Shown: positions 16,623 through 26,374 of the stretch, in pieces
Layout: each line of letters opens with the position of its first letter
Numbering within the stretch: position 1 is the stretch's first letter
Source: an uncultured Bacteroidales bacterium
Lineage (GTDB): Bacteria; Bacteroidota; Bacteroidia; Bacteroidales; Paludibacteraceae
Reading direction: 5' to 3'
Length of the DNA stretch: 64,000 nt
Assembly: GCA_902782665.1 (NCBI GenBank)
Contig: CACZOA010000094.1
Coordinates: 10,028 to 74,027 of the forward strand
Position numbers and translations under genes: made by a program
The notes under the pieces: model-generated
Told to the model about the DNA's origin: nothing
The model's database searches: none
What the model saw: only the letters and a program-made list of their open reading frames with translations

Positions 16623-16642
16623 CTATGATATTAAAAACATTA

Positions 16643-16650
16643 CAAAATTA
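16643..16650 (-). promoter_or_regulatory. -7 box TAATTTTG (minus strand) upstream of pyrG
   Basis: The plus strand reads caaaatta, 27 nt upstream of the pyrG ATG. Confidence 0.45.
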
Positions 16651-16820
16651 CAAAATCTGATGAATGTGATATACGTAATTGGAAAGATGCTTTGTAGGAT
16701 TTTGAAAATATTGAAATTTGTAAGTAAAAACGATATTGTTGTTTCTGTTTTTAAGTAATTTTGATTTTATACTTACGTTTTGTTATTTATTTGTGTTTCT
16801 TGTATGACTTTTAAACAAAA

Positions 16821-16850
16821 AAATCCCCGTTTCTAAAAACGGGGATTTTT
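16821..16850 (-). terminator. rho-independent terminator of the coiled-coil protein gene
   Basis: aaatccccgt/acggggattt stem flanked by A and T runs. Confidence 0.7.
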
Positions 16851-16874
16851 ATACCTATATATGGAATGTTAATT

Positions 16875-19016
16875 TTAATGTTCCAAAGTTTCAACTCTAG
16901 AATCCAAATCTTGAACTTTATTTTCCAAAGCCTCGATTCTAGGGCTTAAACCAGTAGTGTTGTTGATGGCATCATCCAAAGAACCAACAGAAGTTTCCAA
17001 AGTTCCGACTTTAGTTGTTAAACCAGTAGTGTTGTTGTTGATGGCATCATCCAAAGAAGCAACGGAAGTTTCCAAAGTTCCGACTTTAGCAGCTAAACCA
17101 GTAGTGTTGTTGTTGATGGCGTCATCCAAAGAACCAACGGAAGTTTCCAAAGTTCCGACTTTAGTAGCTAAACCGTTAGTGTTGTTGTTGATGGCATCAT
17201 CCAAAGAAGCAACGGAAGTTTCCAATGTTCCGACTTTAGTAGACAAACCAGTAACCGTAGTGTTGATTCCAGACAATGCCTCTGTAATCTTTTGGCTGAT
17301 AAGAGCTGATAGCTTATCTTCACTTAGGTTATTCATTTTCTCTACCAACTCTCTGTATTTAGTGTCAGCTTCAGTGCTGTCTGCTTTATGCTTTGCCTTT
17401 ACCTTGTCAATCTCTTTAGCTAAAGAATCATTTTTTGCGTTGATTGTTTTAGCCCAGCTGACAAGTTGATTCATCATACTGTTGATGTTCGAAATGTTTG
17501 TCGAGTGTGTCGCCAATTTAGATGAGTTTTCATTTACTGTTGCTTGTATTCCATCAATCTCATTTTCAAGAGAGAATACCTCTCCGTCGACATACTCTGT
17601 TATATTAATGTTAAGTGTATCCAATTTGCCATAGATCACTTTTGCAAGGCTGTCAATCTTATTCTTCATGTTCTTTGACGATGCAGTAGCGTTGTTTGCC
17701 ACTGTTTGTGTAAGATTGTTGATTGCTTTTGTATGGCTCTTGCTGATACTGTCAACTTTTGTGCTCAAAGCAGTTGTTTTGCTGTCAAATTTCGCTTCCA
17801 ACACAGAGTCTTTTTCTGTCAAGCCTTTTATTTTGCTTTCGTTAGCTGATATTCTGTTGTTCAAAGTAAGGTCGTCTGCTTGAGCCTTTCTTTCTGAAGC
17901 GAGTATTTTGTCATCTACCTTGCCTAGCTCAGTCTGGATAGCTTCAATCTTTTTGTTAAGCTCTTTCTTGTTGTCAGAGACAGTAGAAGAAAGTGTGCTG
18001 ACTGTGTTTGTCAATTCACTGGCTCTTAAATCTGTGCTGTTGATTGATTGAGAAAGAGTACTTACTGACCTGTCAAGAGCTCGCAATTCGTCATTAGTCG
18101 CATACACTGACATTCCTGATTTATCCATGAAATATTGCAATGTATCTTTCTTTGCGTATAGCTTGTTGACCTCTTTCAAGTTCTTGTAGTTTGATTCTGC
18201 CAACGCCTTGTTCGCATCTACAGTCTGGCTCAACTCTGCTATTGTCTCACCTGTTGTCTTAGACAAGGTGTTTACACTTGCTTTTGTTGCGTAAGAAGAC
18301 AATGAGTCTTTTGTTGCAAAAGCAGAGATTTCTGATTTTGTCGCATATTTAGCGGAGTTTGACTGTAATTCAGTGATCCAGTAGTTGTTGGCGTCGACCA
18401 CCGATTTCAAACTGTCGATTCTGTAGTTGCTTGAGCGAAGACCTCTGTTGTGCAAATCTAGGACATCATCCTTTGTAGCGTAATCTGTAAGGATCTTTCT
18501 TGTGCTGTCAGCTGAGTATGCCGCAACGTCTTCGATTTTTGCATATTGCGACATATCTGGCTTGTCTTTCAAGTCAGCCCAATATCCAGAAAAACTGTCT
18601 GCTGATTTTAGAGAGTATAGTGCGTATGGCACGCTGCTTACCGAAGTTGTTGCAACAGCGGCCTCAGTCAACTCTGGGCTTGTGGATGTTGATGTTCTGA
18701 TGACATACTTGTTTGCCGACCAGTTGATGCTGCTGAATGGTCCGCTTGCAGCGCTACCTTCTCCAATTTTGATTGCGAACGAACCGTAGTTGTCGGTTTT
18801 CGCATTGTGCATTTCTGAATACACAACCTCGTATGAGCCAACGTTGTCTATCAGGATTTCAACTTTGACATAAACCGTATGGTTGGCTACAGGAGCTCCA
18901 GAAGTGGTACGTACGACACTTTGATAGTTGAAACTTTGTGGAGTGGCTGCGTTGGCGTTGATTGCCATGAAAGGCAGCGTCGCTAATAATATTTTATTAA
19001 GTATATTTTTATTCAT
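16875..19016 (-). CDS. secreted coiled-coil fibre-like protein with C-terminal 25-aa tandem repeats
   Basis: Signal peptide MNKNILNKILLATLPFMAINANA, a ~130-aa globular head, and about 450 aa of Ser/Thr/Asn/Lys-rich heptad-like sequence. It ends with 4 copies of TKVGTLETSV(A/G)SLDDAINNNT(T/N)GL(A/T) and then PRIEALENKVQDLDSRVETLEH. Confidence 0.7.
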   Translation of the reverse strand: MNKNILNKILLATLPFMAINANAATPQSFNYQSVVRTTSGAPVANHTVYVKVEILIDNVGSYEVVYSEMHNAKTDNYGSFAIKIGEGSAASGPFSSINWSANKYVIRTSTSTSPELTEAAVATTSVSSVPYALYSLKSADSFSGYWADLKDKPDMSQYAKIEDVAAYSADSTRKILTDYATKDDVLDLHNRGLRSSNYRIDSLKSVVDANNYWITELQSNSAKYATKSEISAFATKDSLSSYATKASVNTLSKTTGETIAELSQTVDANKALAESNYKNLKEVNKLYAKKDTLQYFMDKSGMSVYATNDELRALDRSVSTLSQSINSTDLRASELTNTVSTLSSTVSDNKKELNKKIEAIQTELGKVDDKILASERKAQADDLTLNNRISANESKIKGLTEKDSVLEAKFDSKTTALSTKVDSISKSHTKAINNLTQTVANNATASSKNMKNKIDSLAKVIYGKLDTLNINITEYVDGEVFSLENEIDGIQATVNENSSKLATHSTNISNINSMMNQLVSWAKTINAKNDSLAKEIDKVKAKHKADSTEADTKYRELVEKMNNLSEDKLSALISQKITEALSGINTTVTGLSTKVGTLETSVASLDDAINNNTNGLATKVGTLETSVGSLDDAINNNTTGLAAKVGTLETSVASLDDAINNNTTGLTTKVGTLETSVGSLDDAINNTTGLSPRIEALENKVQDLDSRVETLEH
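16944..17270 (-). repeat. 75-nt tandem coding repeats (about 4.3 copies, >90% identical)
   Basis: atggc(a/g)tcatccaaagaa recurs at 16966, 17041, 17116 and 17191, an exact 75-nt period. Confidence 0.9.
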
Positions 19017-19028
19017 GACGATGATAAT

Positions 19029-20225
19029 TTACTTGACAATGACTTTTGTTGTGTATCTCTTATGTTTTCCTTGAGTGAACGCCACCACGTATGCTCCTAC
19101 ATGGCTTAGGTTCAATGTTATAGTTCGATCTGCTGGTTTGATAGGAGCGAGTGCCAGACTACCTTTGTAGTCGAACACGATAATTTCGCCATTCTTGAGC
19201 TCATCAGCAGTGAATCCGTCCAAGGTAAGCTCGAAATCCTCTCCATGTCTCACGATCACACTCTCTGTTGCGAATCCTTTCTTGTCGGATGCTGCAAAAT
19301 ATAGAGACTGAGGACAGATTGTCTTCAATCCTTCATCTGTGCCGACGATGACGCTGTACGCACCGTTCAGACCTTTCTCATCCTGATATATCTTGTTGGT
19401 CTCGCCTGGCAGATTCTCTCCATTTTTCTGCCACTGGTATGTGTAGATGGATTCTCCGATATCTCCCACAGCGATCACGTTTCCAACTTTTGGATTGATA
19501 AAGTCCTTGCTATATCCGACGTTCACGCTGAATTCCTTCATCTCCTTCTTGTATCCGTCAAAATAGTTCACTGTCATCTTAGCAGACACAGCATGTCCTC
19601 CCTTGCCGTAGTTGGCTGGCAAAACGAAAGAGGCTATAGCAATTCCGTCTTCATGCTTGAACTTCTTCTCTGTGATAATAGGAAATGAGTCGACGTTGCT
19701 CTTTAAAGAGAAAGACTCGATGTCGTTCGGTGCCCAATTGGAAGACAATTTGACGTTGATCGTGTCTCCCGGACAGTAATTCTCTGCAAGCTGCAGATCG
19801 TATGTTCTCTCGTCGACTATAGCATTAAGGATTATATCATACGACGGCATTCTTTCAGGAATGACATTGTCCCAACTTACGAAAGCGGAGTCATGTCCTA
19901 TATATGGGTCGTTGATCGGTATGATCAAATCGCCAGTGTAGAATGTGTCTGCAGCATATTCTTTGTCGGCTATGTAATAATGGATAATATGTCGGGTTGT
20001 GGAAATTCCGACCTCGTAGCCGTTTGTCACGACAAGTGTTGTGTTTGCGTTTCTGTCGGAATAACCAACAAAAGTCTCGCCTACTGTGCATGTGACCTCA
20101 AGAGCGTTGCTCCTACCTTTCGCTGATCCAGCAGATAAAGTAGGCGTTTGACCTGAGGCGTTGATGACGAAACAACTCGGCAAGAGTAAGGTTATCAGTA
20201 TTTTACTTAAATCCTTTTTCATCAT
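19029..20225 (-). CDS. secreted hypothetical protein, possibly with a T9SS-type C-terminal domain
   Basis: Signal peptide MMKKDLSKILITLLLPSCFVINASGQ and a beta-rich sequence. The C-terminus IVFDYKGSLAL...LNLSHVGAYVVAFTQGKHKRYTTKVIVK resembles the distal T9SS CTD motifs but lacks YPNP. Confidence 0.55.
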   Translation of the reverse strand: MMKKDLSKILITLLLPSCFVINASGQTPTLSAGSAKGRSNALEVTCTVGETFVGYSDRNANTTLVVTNGYEVGISTTRHIIHYYIADKEYAADTFYTGDLIIPINDPYIGHDSAFVSWDNVIPERMPSYDIILNAIVDERTYDLQLAENYCPGDTINVKLSSNWAPNDIESFSLKSNVDSFPIITEKKFKHEDGIAIASFVLPANYGKGGHAVSAKMTVNYFDGYKKEMKEFSVNVGYSKDFINPKVGNVIAVGDIGESIYTYQWQKNGENLPGETNKIYQDEKGLNGAYSVIVGTDEGLKTICPQSLYFAASDKKGFATESVIVRHGEDFELTLDGFTADELKNGEIIVFDYKGSLALAPIKPADRTITLNLSHVGAYVVAFTQGKHKRYTTKVIVK

Positions 20226-20525
20226 TAATCTATTTGAGTGTGCAAATTAGATAAAATGCAAAAAACATACAAACGATTTTATTTTTATTCTTTGAATTGT
20301 TGATAAAGAATAAAAAGTGTTGAAAACTACAAATCCTTTTTCAACTCTTTTTCTGCCCGTTTTTGATGCAGAAACAGTGATGTTTATGTTTTGTTTTTAG
20401 CTGTGGCTTTTCATGAAAAATGAATTGACAATAACTCTCTAATTTGCAAGTATAAAATAAAGAGAATGAATCATGATAATTGATTCATCCTCCTTTTTAT
20501 CATGCAAAGAGACGCATAATAAAAG

Positions 20526-20549
20526 AGAGACGCAATGATTTGCGTCTCT
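20526..20549 (-). terminator. asnA terminator; member of the AGAGACGCA..TGCGTCTCT hairpin family
   Basis: 9-bp perfect stem followed on the minus strand by cttttatt. It sits immediately downstream of the asnA stop. Confidence 0.65.
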
Positions 20550-20556
20550 ACATGAA

Positions 20557-21591
20557 TTATATGATAGGAATATTATATTCTTTGCATTGTGCGTACATTT
20601 CCTCTGGCCAGATGCTGCACTGGATCTCTCCGATGTGAGCCTTGTGAAGGAAGAACATACACAAACGGCTCTGTCCGATACCTCCGCCGATAGATAGAGG
20701 AAGAGAGCCTTCAAGCAATCTCTTGTGGAAATACAACTCCTTGCGGCTTTCCTTGTCTTCCAATTTCAACTGGCGCTCCAATGCCTCTTTGTCGACGCGG
20801 ATACCCATGGAAGAAAGTTCAAGACTCTGGCCAAGGATAGGATTCCAAACCAAGATATCTCCGTTCAAGCCAGGAAGACCATTCTCACCGATAGTAGACC
20901 AGTCGTCGTAGTCTGGAGAACGACCGTCGTGCTTCTTTCCGTCGCTCAACTTGCAACCGATACCCATCAAGAAGACAGCACCATATTTCTTAGTAATCTC
21001 ATTCTCACGCTCTTTAGGCGACAAGTTAGGATACATCTTAAGCAACTCCTCTGCGTGGATGAAGAAAATCTCTTCAGGAAGCTGAGGCTTGATCTGAGGG
21101 TAACGCTCGTAAACGACATATTCAGTCTTTTTCATCACTGAATATATTCTCTTTACGATATTCTTCAAGAAATCGATAGTACGCTCCTCTTTAGAGATGT
21201 GGCGTTCCCAGTCCCACTGGTCAACATATAGAGAGTGAAGGTTATCCATCTCCTCATCAGGACGGATAGCGTTCATATCAGTGTAAAGACCGTATCCCTG
21301 CTCGATGCCGTAGTCGGCAAGCATCATACGTTTCCACTTTGCAAGAGAGTGGACAACCTCAGCGCAACGGTCGCCCATATCCTTGATAGGGAAGCTTACA
21401 GGACGTTCGATACCGTTCAAGTCATCGTTGATACCAGTGCCCTTCATCACGAAAAGAGGCGCAGTCACACGACGCAAATGAAGTTCAGCGGATAGGCAGC
21501 TTTCGAAGAAGTCCTTCACGCATTTGATACCCAACTCAGTCTGTTTGATGTCGAGGATGGGTGTATAGTTAATCGGCTTAATAACTTTCAT
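20557..21591 (-). CDS. asnA: aspartate--ammonia ligase
   Basis: 344 aa. LDIKQTELGIKCVKDFFE...LRRVTAPLFV...GGGIGQSRLCMFFL, typical AsnA. Confidence 0.93.
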   Translation of the reverse strand: MKVIKPINYTPILDIKQTELGIKCVKDFFESCLSAELHLRRVTAPLFVMKGTGINDDLNGIERPVSFPIKDMGDRCAEVVHSLAKWKRMMLADYGIEQGYGLYTDMNAIRPDEEMDNLHSLYVDQWDWERHISKEERTIDFLKNIVKRIYSVMKKTEYVVYERYPQIKPQLPEEIFFIHAEELLKMYPNLSPKERENEITKKYGAVFLMGIGCKLSDGKKHDGRSPDYDDWSTIGENGLPGLNGDILVWNPILGQSLELSSMGIRVDKEALERQLKLEDKESRKELYFHKRLLEGSLPLSIGGGIGQSRLCMFFLHKAHIGEIQCSIWPEEMYAQCKEYNIPII

Positions 21592-21641
21592 TTTGGTTTA
21601 ATTTTCTCTTTATTGAGTTTTCTCACGAAAGAAAACATACG

Positions 21642-21649
21642 CAAATTTA
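21642..21649 (-). promoter_or_regulatory. -7 box TAAATTTG (minus strand) upstream of asnA
   Basis: The plus strand reads caaattta, 51 nt upstream of the ATG. Confidence 0.4.
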
Positions 21650-21822
21650 TATCTTTTTTTTAAATATCAGCAAAATTACCTTACAAATTGTCTAAGAAAA
21701 AGTGATTTTTGCCATAAATCTGATTGCCAAATAAGTATCAGAGATATAAATATGATAATGGAAGAAGACGGGAGAGAGTCCAATTTTATGGTAAACAGGT
21801 TGTGACAGAAGGCTAAATTTTA

Positions 21823-21830
21823 TATTTTTG
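21823..21830 (+). promoter_or_regulatory. -7 box TATTTTTG upstream of tRNA-Arg
   Basis: tatttttg lies 31 nt before the tRNA 5' end. Confidence 0.5.
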
Positions 21831-21860
21831 CACCGCTTTATCAGTCAACTGTTATAGCGA

Positions 21861-21934
21861 GGCCCCGTAGTTTAGCTGTATAAAATGTCAGATTCCGGTT
21901 CTGAAGAGCGCGGGTTAGAATCCCGCCGGGGTCA
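21861..21934 (+). tRNA. tRNA-Arg (anticodon CCG)
   Basis: Hand-folded. Acceptor GGCCCCG/CGGGGTC, anticodon stem TCAGA/TCTGA with loop TTCCGGT, T arm GCGGG-TTAGAAT-CCCGC, discriminator A. No encoded CCA; T-run downstream. Confidence 0.85.
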
Positions 21935-22285
21935 CTATTTTTGAATTTTCTTGTTGATAATAAATTGATTGCAACGAATGTCTGGTGGATTAATTCCCTT
22001 TTTTCTTCTCCTCTTCTTCCATGTGACGTTTTGCACTTTATAGAAAACTTATCACAAATGGACACCAAATCACTCACTTTTATTTACTTTTGAATTATGT
22101 TCAAAGTTAATCAAAATTCTAGTTCGTGTTGATTATTTTCTTTTTTAGTGTGTTCATATTCTTAATTTTACAAAAATTACAATTCGTCAAACTCACGGTG
22201 GTATAACAACTATATCAAATAAGACAATCAGCCAAACTGCTGATTGTTTTGCTCATTGGTTCAGTTAGATATGTTGTTTAACAAA

Positions 22286-22316
22286 AGAGGACGGCATAAA
22301 TTTTATGTCGTCCTCT
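22286..22316 (-). terminator. hairpin terminator downstream of the C10 protease gene
   Basis: agaggacggcataaa / tttatgtcgtcctct stem. Confidence 0.55.
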
Positions 22317-22358
22317 CCTATATTTCTGTTAAATGTGAAGTAATGTCATAAAATGTTT

Positions 22359-23786
22359 TTATTTGAATTTAGTTACACAGTATATATTGTTTTTATACTT
22401 GTAATTTTTTTCTCTACTCTCTGCCTTAGCCTCATTATCTAGTTGATAAGGACTTGTTACATCAAATACCCCGGATAAAAAGTAGCCATTTCCGGAACCT
22501 TTCCACCCCCAGTTGTTGTGAAGAAAGTAAGTGTCACTATAACTTACTGCACTGACGTATGCTCCAGTAGCGTTATTTATTGTTTTATATTCAATTTTGT
22601 TTTTTATACACTTGTATCCGTCTATAACCCAACAGTGTCCTTTTGTGTATTTTATATTTATACCTAAGACAGTAGTTTTATTACGATATCCATTAGCAAG
22701 TAGTGGACAATTCATATCTAGTGCGGTGATCACATAGTCGTTATTGAATTGAGAAGAAAAACCTTTTTTATATCCAATAGTTTCTAACCAGTTGCAAGCA
22801 TTTTCAGGCATAGTACCACTACCGTCACAGTCATAATCCTCATAAGCCATGCCAGAACCTAATCCTGCAATAAACATCAATTGTGCTATATTTACTTGAT
22901 TGTTTTCATTACTTTCAGGGGATTCTGTCATTTTGTCCCATTCAAAAGTGTAAGATCCGACTGTCTTAGGAAATTTCCAATATGACATAATTTGAGCAGT
23001 AGCGGTTGCTACGCATCCTGTTGGAGTTTTGCCATTCTCGTTTTTACATTCTTTATATGGAGTGAAAAGGTTATATGGATACCCTTGACCCCAAGTTACT
23101 GCCAATAACGGTTTTTTTGTTTTTTCCGAAACTTTAGTTATGGTAGTAGATGTTGTATAAGAAGCACGAGTTGCTGGATTTACATTCTCTAAAACAACAT
23201 AATTTGCTTCTGCTATGTTTTTAAGGGAGTCTTTACATTTTTCAAAATCTGAGATTGAGTTCTCCGCATAGGATTCCAAATTTTCTAGGAATATGGACAT
23301 TCCGGGATCGTCACTGTTTTCTTCCAATGATCCTTCATCTACGAATGCCAAAACTTGTGATTGTATTCGGTCATCCGCAGACACAATTGCAAATCCTTGA
23401 TTGTCAGCAAAATTAAATACATATATAAGTGAATCAGAATCAGTATCTTTGCTTCTAAGTCCAGACTTAGTGCTACCATAGACAGCGTAATTTTCAATTG
23501 TTCTTGGGTTTCCAGAACGAGTTGATTCTGAAGAAAAATCATCTGCTGCATTTAGTGCAATTTCCATTGCCTCACTTGCAGATATTTTGTGATTTTCTGA
23601 GAAAATCGCCTTCAAGTTCAAATTATTTGAACTTGTCATTTCTGATTCAGGTATTTTTGTAGATACCTCATTGTCCAAAGCTTCATCATCTTTACAGCTT
23701 GTTGTTGTAAAAATCAAAAGAGCTAGGGAAACTAATTTTAAATTCAGTTTCATCTTCTTTGTTAATTTAAGACTGTATATAAACAT
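22359..23786 (-). CDS. C10-family (streptopain/interpain-like) cysteine protease lipoprotein with N-terminal pro/inhibitor region
   Basis: Catalytic-Cys motif TGCVATATAQIMSYW and the downstream GHCWVIDGY (His). Lipobox LLIFTTTSC. The true start is probably the second Met (MKLNLKL, 23753). Confidence 0.88.
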   Translation of the reverse strand: MFIYSLKLTKKMKLNLKLVSLALLIFTTTSCKDDEALDNEVSTKIPESEMTSSNNLNLKAIFSENHKISASEAMEIALNAADDFSSESTRSGNPRTIENYAVYGSTKSGLRSKDTDSDSLIYVFNFADNQGFAIVSADDRIQSQVLAFVDEGSLEENSDDPGMSIFLENLESYAENSISDFEKCKDSLKNIAEANYVVLENVNPATRASYTTSTTITKVSEKTKKPLLAVTWGQGYPYNLFTPYKECKNENGKTPTGCVATATAQIMSYWKFPKTVGSYTFEWDKMTESPESNENNQVNIAQLMFIAGLGSGMAYEDYDCDGSGTMPENACNWLETIGYKKGFSSQFNNDYVITALDMNCPLLANGYRNKTTVLGINIKYTKGHCWVIDGYKCIKNKIEYKTINNATGAYVSAVSYSDTYFLHNNWGWKGSGNGYFLSGVFDVTSPYQLDNEAKAESREKNYKYKNNIYCVTKFK

Positions 23787-24349
23787 TTTTGTTTACCTGT
23801 AGAAAAAAATGACTGTTCCACATAGGATGAAAATAACAAGTGACATGCTATGTGATTTCTTTATGCAGATAGTAGTCTTTTTTTTCTTTTTCGCATGACA
23901 TTACGAACGTTAGCATAGTTAACAGGTCCTCATGCCTAACGGTTTGCTTAACAAAACTTTTCATTTTACACAATAACAGAATATATTTAAACAATTTTTG
24001 CATTAGTGGACTATTGTTTTTGATAACATTGCTTATAAACAAATTTAATCCGAATGCAAATGTAGTATTATTTCATATAATCTCCAAATTCTATAAATTC
24101 TTTCATTCTTTTTACGCTTTGTTAATATGAGTGTATTCTAATATAATAAACTTTATCATGAATTAAAATTACAATTTTTCAATCCTCTTTTGGATGTAGA
24201 GTACAGATGTTTCCTTTGGGGAACATCTGTATAATACTTTGTTTCGTAATTTTGTTTGGAATTAGACTTGTCAATTCCAAATTGACAAGACCCCCACATA
24301 TTTTCATTCTCATTATTCTTAGCTTTTCACATCTTTACATTTTTATCCG

Positions 24350-24357
24350 TACCTTTG
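24350..24357 (+). promoter_or_regulatory. -7 box TACCTTTG upstream of the PrsW-like gene
   Basis: tacctttg lies 32 nt upstream of the ATG at 24389. Confidence 0.5.
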
Positions 24358-24388
24358 TCTAAATTTGTAGAGAATTTAATATTAGAAC

Positions 24389-25051
24389 ATGTTACTACTG
24401 GTTACTATAGCAGTTTTGCCGGCATTATTATTGCTGGTTTATATGGGATGGAAAGACCGTCAGCATCCGGAACCTGTATCTTGTTTGTTGAAGGGTTTGT
24501 TTTTTGGTTGTCTTTCTGTAATCGTTTCGCTGAGTATAACATCTATGTTTGGAGATTTCGGAGATCCGATACTTGATGCGTTCTTCAATGCCGCTATCCC
24601 TGAGGAATTCGCCAAATTGCTTATGTTCTGGTTGCTGATCCGTAAGAATAAGAATTTTGATGAGCCGATCGACAGCATCGTATATGCGGTTTATGTGTCG
24701 TTGGGCTTTGCCGCTGTTGAGAATATTTTGTATTTGGTAGACGAGGAGGATTTCTTCTCTACAGCCTTCTCACGTGCTGTATTCTCTGTTCCCGGTCATT
24801 TCTGTTTTGCTGTTTGCATGGGATTCTGTTATGGAATGGCCCGTTTCGGACAGAAACTAAAGATCATATATTATCCGATGGCTTTTATTGGCCCTGTCCT
24901 TCTTCATGGCACGTATGATGCTTTGCTTATGTCGATAGGCGACGACGATTCTTGGATAATTATAATCTTGATTTGGCTTGTGTTCTGCATTTTGATGTAT
25001 CGCGCGGCTGTAAAGCGTATTAACAAACTACGCGAATGTCCACCGGCATAA
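24389..25051 (+). CDS. PrsW-family intramembrane metalloprotease
   Basis: Polytopic, with the EEFAK (EExxK) motif and the HGTYD (HxxxD) motif. Confidence 0.8.
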   Translation: MLLLVTIAVLPALLLLVYMGWKDRQHPEPVSCLLKGLFFGCLSVIVSLSITSMFGDFGDPILDAFFNAAIPEEFAKLLMFWLLIRKNKNFDEPIDSIVYAVYVSLGFAAVENILYLVDEEDFFSTAFSRAVFSVPGHFCFAVCMGFCYGMARFGQKLKIIYYPMAFIGPVLLHGTYDALLMSIGDDDSWIIIILIWLVFCILMYRAAVKRINKLRECPPA

Positions 25052-25069
25052 AACTCCGATGACGTATAG

Positions 25070-26359
25070 TTATTTGCTTATCCTAAGATACGAGCAATAT
25101 TTGTTCAACAGGTTGCCAAGTGGCAGATCTCCTTTGATGAATCTTTCCGCATCCAGAGAGAGGAGTCTTTCTCGAACCATAGTTTTGCCTTTATAGAGAG
25201 AAGTCAAATAATAAACCTCGTTTTCTTTTTTTATTTCTACGTTAGAGAAGAATTGAGTGATGTCTTCTGGATCATAAATTATGGAGTAGCTTGGCCGTTT
25301 GGCTCCAGGAATATCTTCACGAAGAATCTCTTTTTCTATAAGGTCTTGGATGTCACGTATGGCGGTGTCTTTAGAACATTTGCTTAATGATGCCCATGTC
25401 TTTGATGTGATTTTAGCCTCATATCCATCAAGAAAGAGGTTGAGCATCAGTTTCTGTCTTTCAGACATGCTGACCGCAGCTGCTTTCTGCCAAAAGAAAC
25501 TCTTGTTTAGTATCGTACTGACAATTGATTCAGCTTCATCAAGTGCAAGAGACAGTGTGTTGGCATACCAAACCAGCCATTCTGTTATATCCCCGTCGCC
25601 ATGCTGAATCTTCTCTAGAATTTGATAATATCGATTTTTATCTTTGTTGATTTGAGACGAGATGTTGTAGAATCGGAAGTCACTTTTGTCTGCCTTGGCA
25701 AGAAGTATATCAGAGAGGATTCGGGCAAGACGTCCATTGCTGTCCTCAAATGGATGGATGCTGACAAACCATAAATGGGCTATCGCAGAACGTATAATAG
25801 AGCATGTTTGGTCTTCAGAATTAAACCAATCAAGGAATTCTTTCATTTCTGTTTCAATTCTTTCTGGCGACGGTGCGATGTAATGAATTTTTTCACGTCC
25901 GAACATTCCTGAGACAATATGCTCTTCATGAGTTCTGTATCTGCCAATTTCAATTTCCGACCCTTCACTGTATCCCGATGGAAAGAATGCCGCTTGCCAA
26001 GCACAAAGTTTCTCTTTGGTCAGATGCTGATTGTAGTTGTTCATCGCATCCAACATTACCGCAACCACAGAATCTATATAGTGAGAAGGTGCTGTTTGCT
26101 TCACATTTTCGATTCCTAATTTTCTGGCAATGGAAGAGCGTACTTCATCCACGTTGAGACGAATCCCCTCAATCTCGGAAGAATAGACAATATCGTAGGT
26201 GAGAGATTCTGCCATTGCTCTTAGTTTGCTGTCAAAACCAAGTGATGACAACCTTCCATACAGATACCCCTGCTTTCTACCTACGGTTTCAAGCAGATTT
26301 GTCATTGCTGATGTCTCCCATCTGAATGATGTCCAATTATCTCTTTCGTGTATGAGCAT
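25070..26359 (-). CDS. Fic-family protein (AMPylase-type) with N-terminal inhibitory helix motif and C-terminal wHTH-like region
   Basis: Fic motif HPFEDSNGRLAR (HxFx[DE][GA]N[GK]R with Ser at the G/A position). Upstream SSEIEG matches the [ST]xxxE[GN] autoinhibition motif. Confidence 0.9.
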   Translation of the reverse strand: MLIHERDNWTSFRWETSAMTNLLETVGRKQGYLYGRLSSLGFDSKLRAMAESLTYDIVYSSEIEGIRLNVDEVRSSIARKLGIENVKQTAPSHYIDSVVAVMLDAMNNYNQHLTKEKLCAWQAAFFPSGYSEGSEIEIGRYRTHEEHIVSGMFGREKIHYIAPSPERIETEMKEFLDWFNSEDQTCSIIRSAIAHLWFVSIHPFEDSNGRLARILSDILLAKADKSDFRFYNISSQINKDKNRYYQILEKIQHGDGDITEWLVWYANTLSLALDEAESIVSTILNKSFFWQKAAAVSMSERQKLMLNLFLDGYEAKITSKTWASLSKCSKDTAIRDIQDLIEKEILREDIPGAKRPSYSIIYDPEDITQFFSNVEIKKENEVYYLTSLYKGKTMVRERLLSLDAERFIKGDLPLGNLLNKYCSYLRISK

Positions 26360-26374
26360 AGCCTATAAAATTTG

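Noticed and set aside
16944-17270. Possible CRISPR array because of regularly spaced repeats.
   Set aside because: The repeats are contiguous (75-nt period, no unique spacers) and in frame within a long ORF, so they are coding tandem repeats. No cas genes are present.
21841-22077. 78-aa ORF on the minus strand.
   Set aside because: It overlaps tRNA-Arg, and its translation is tRNA-derived sequence.
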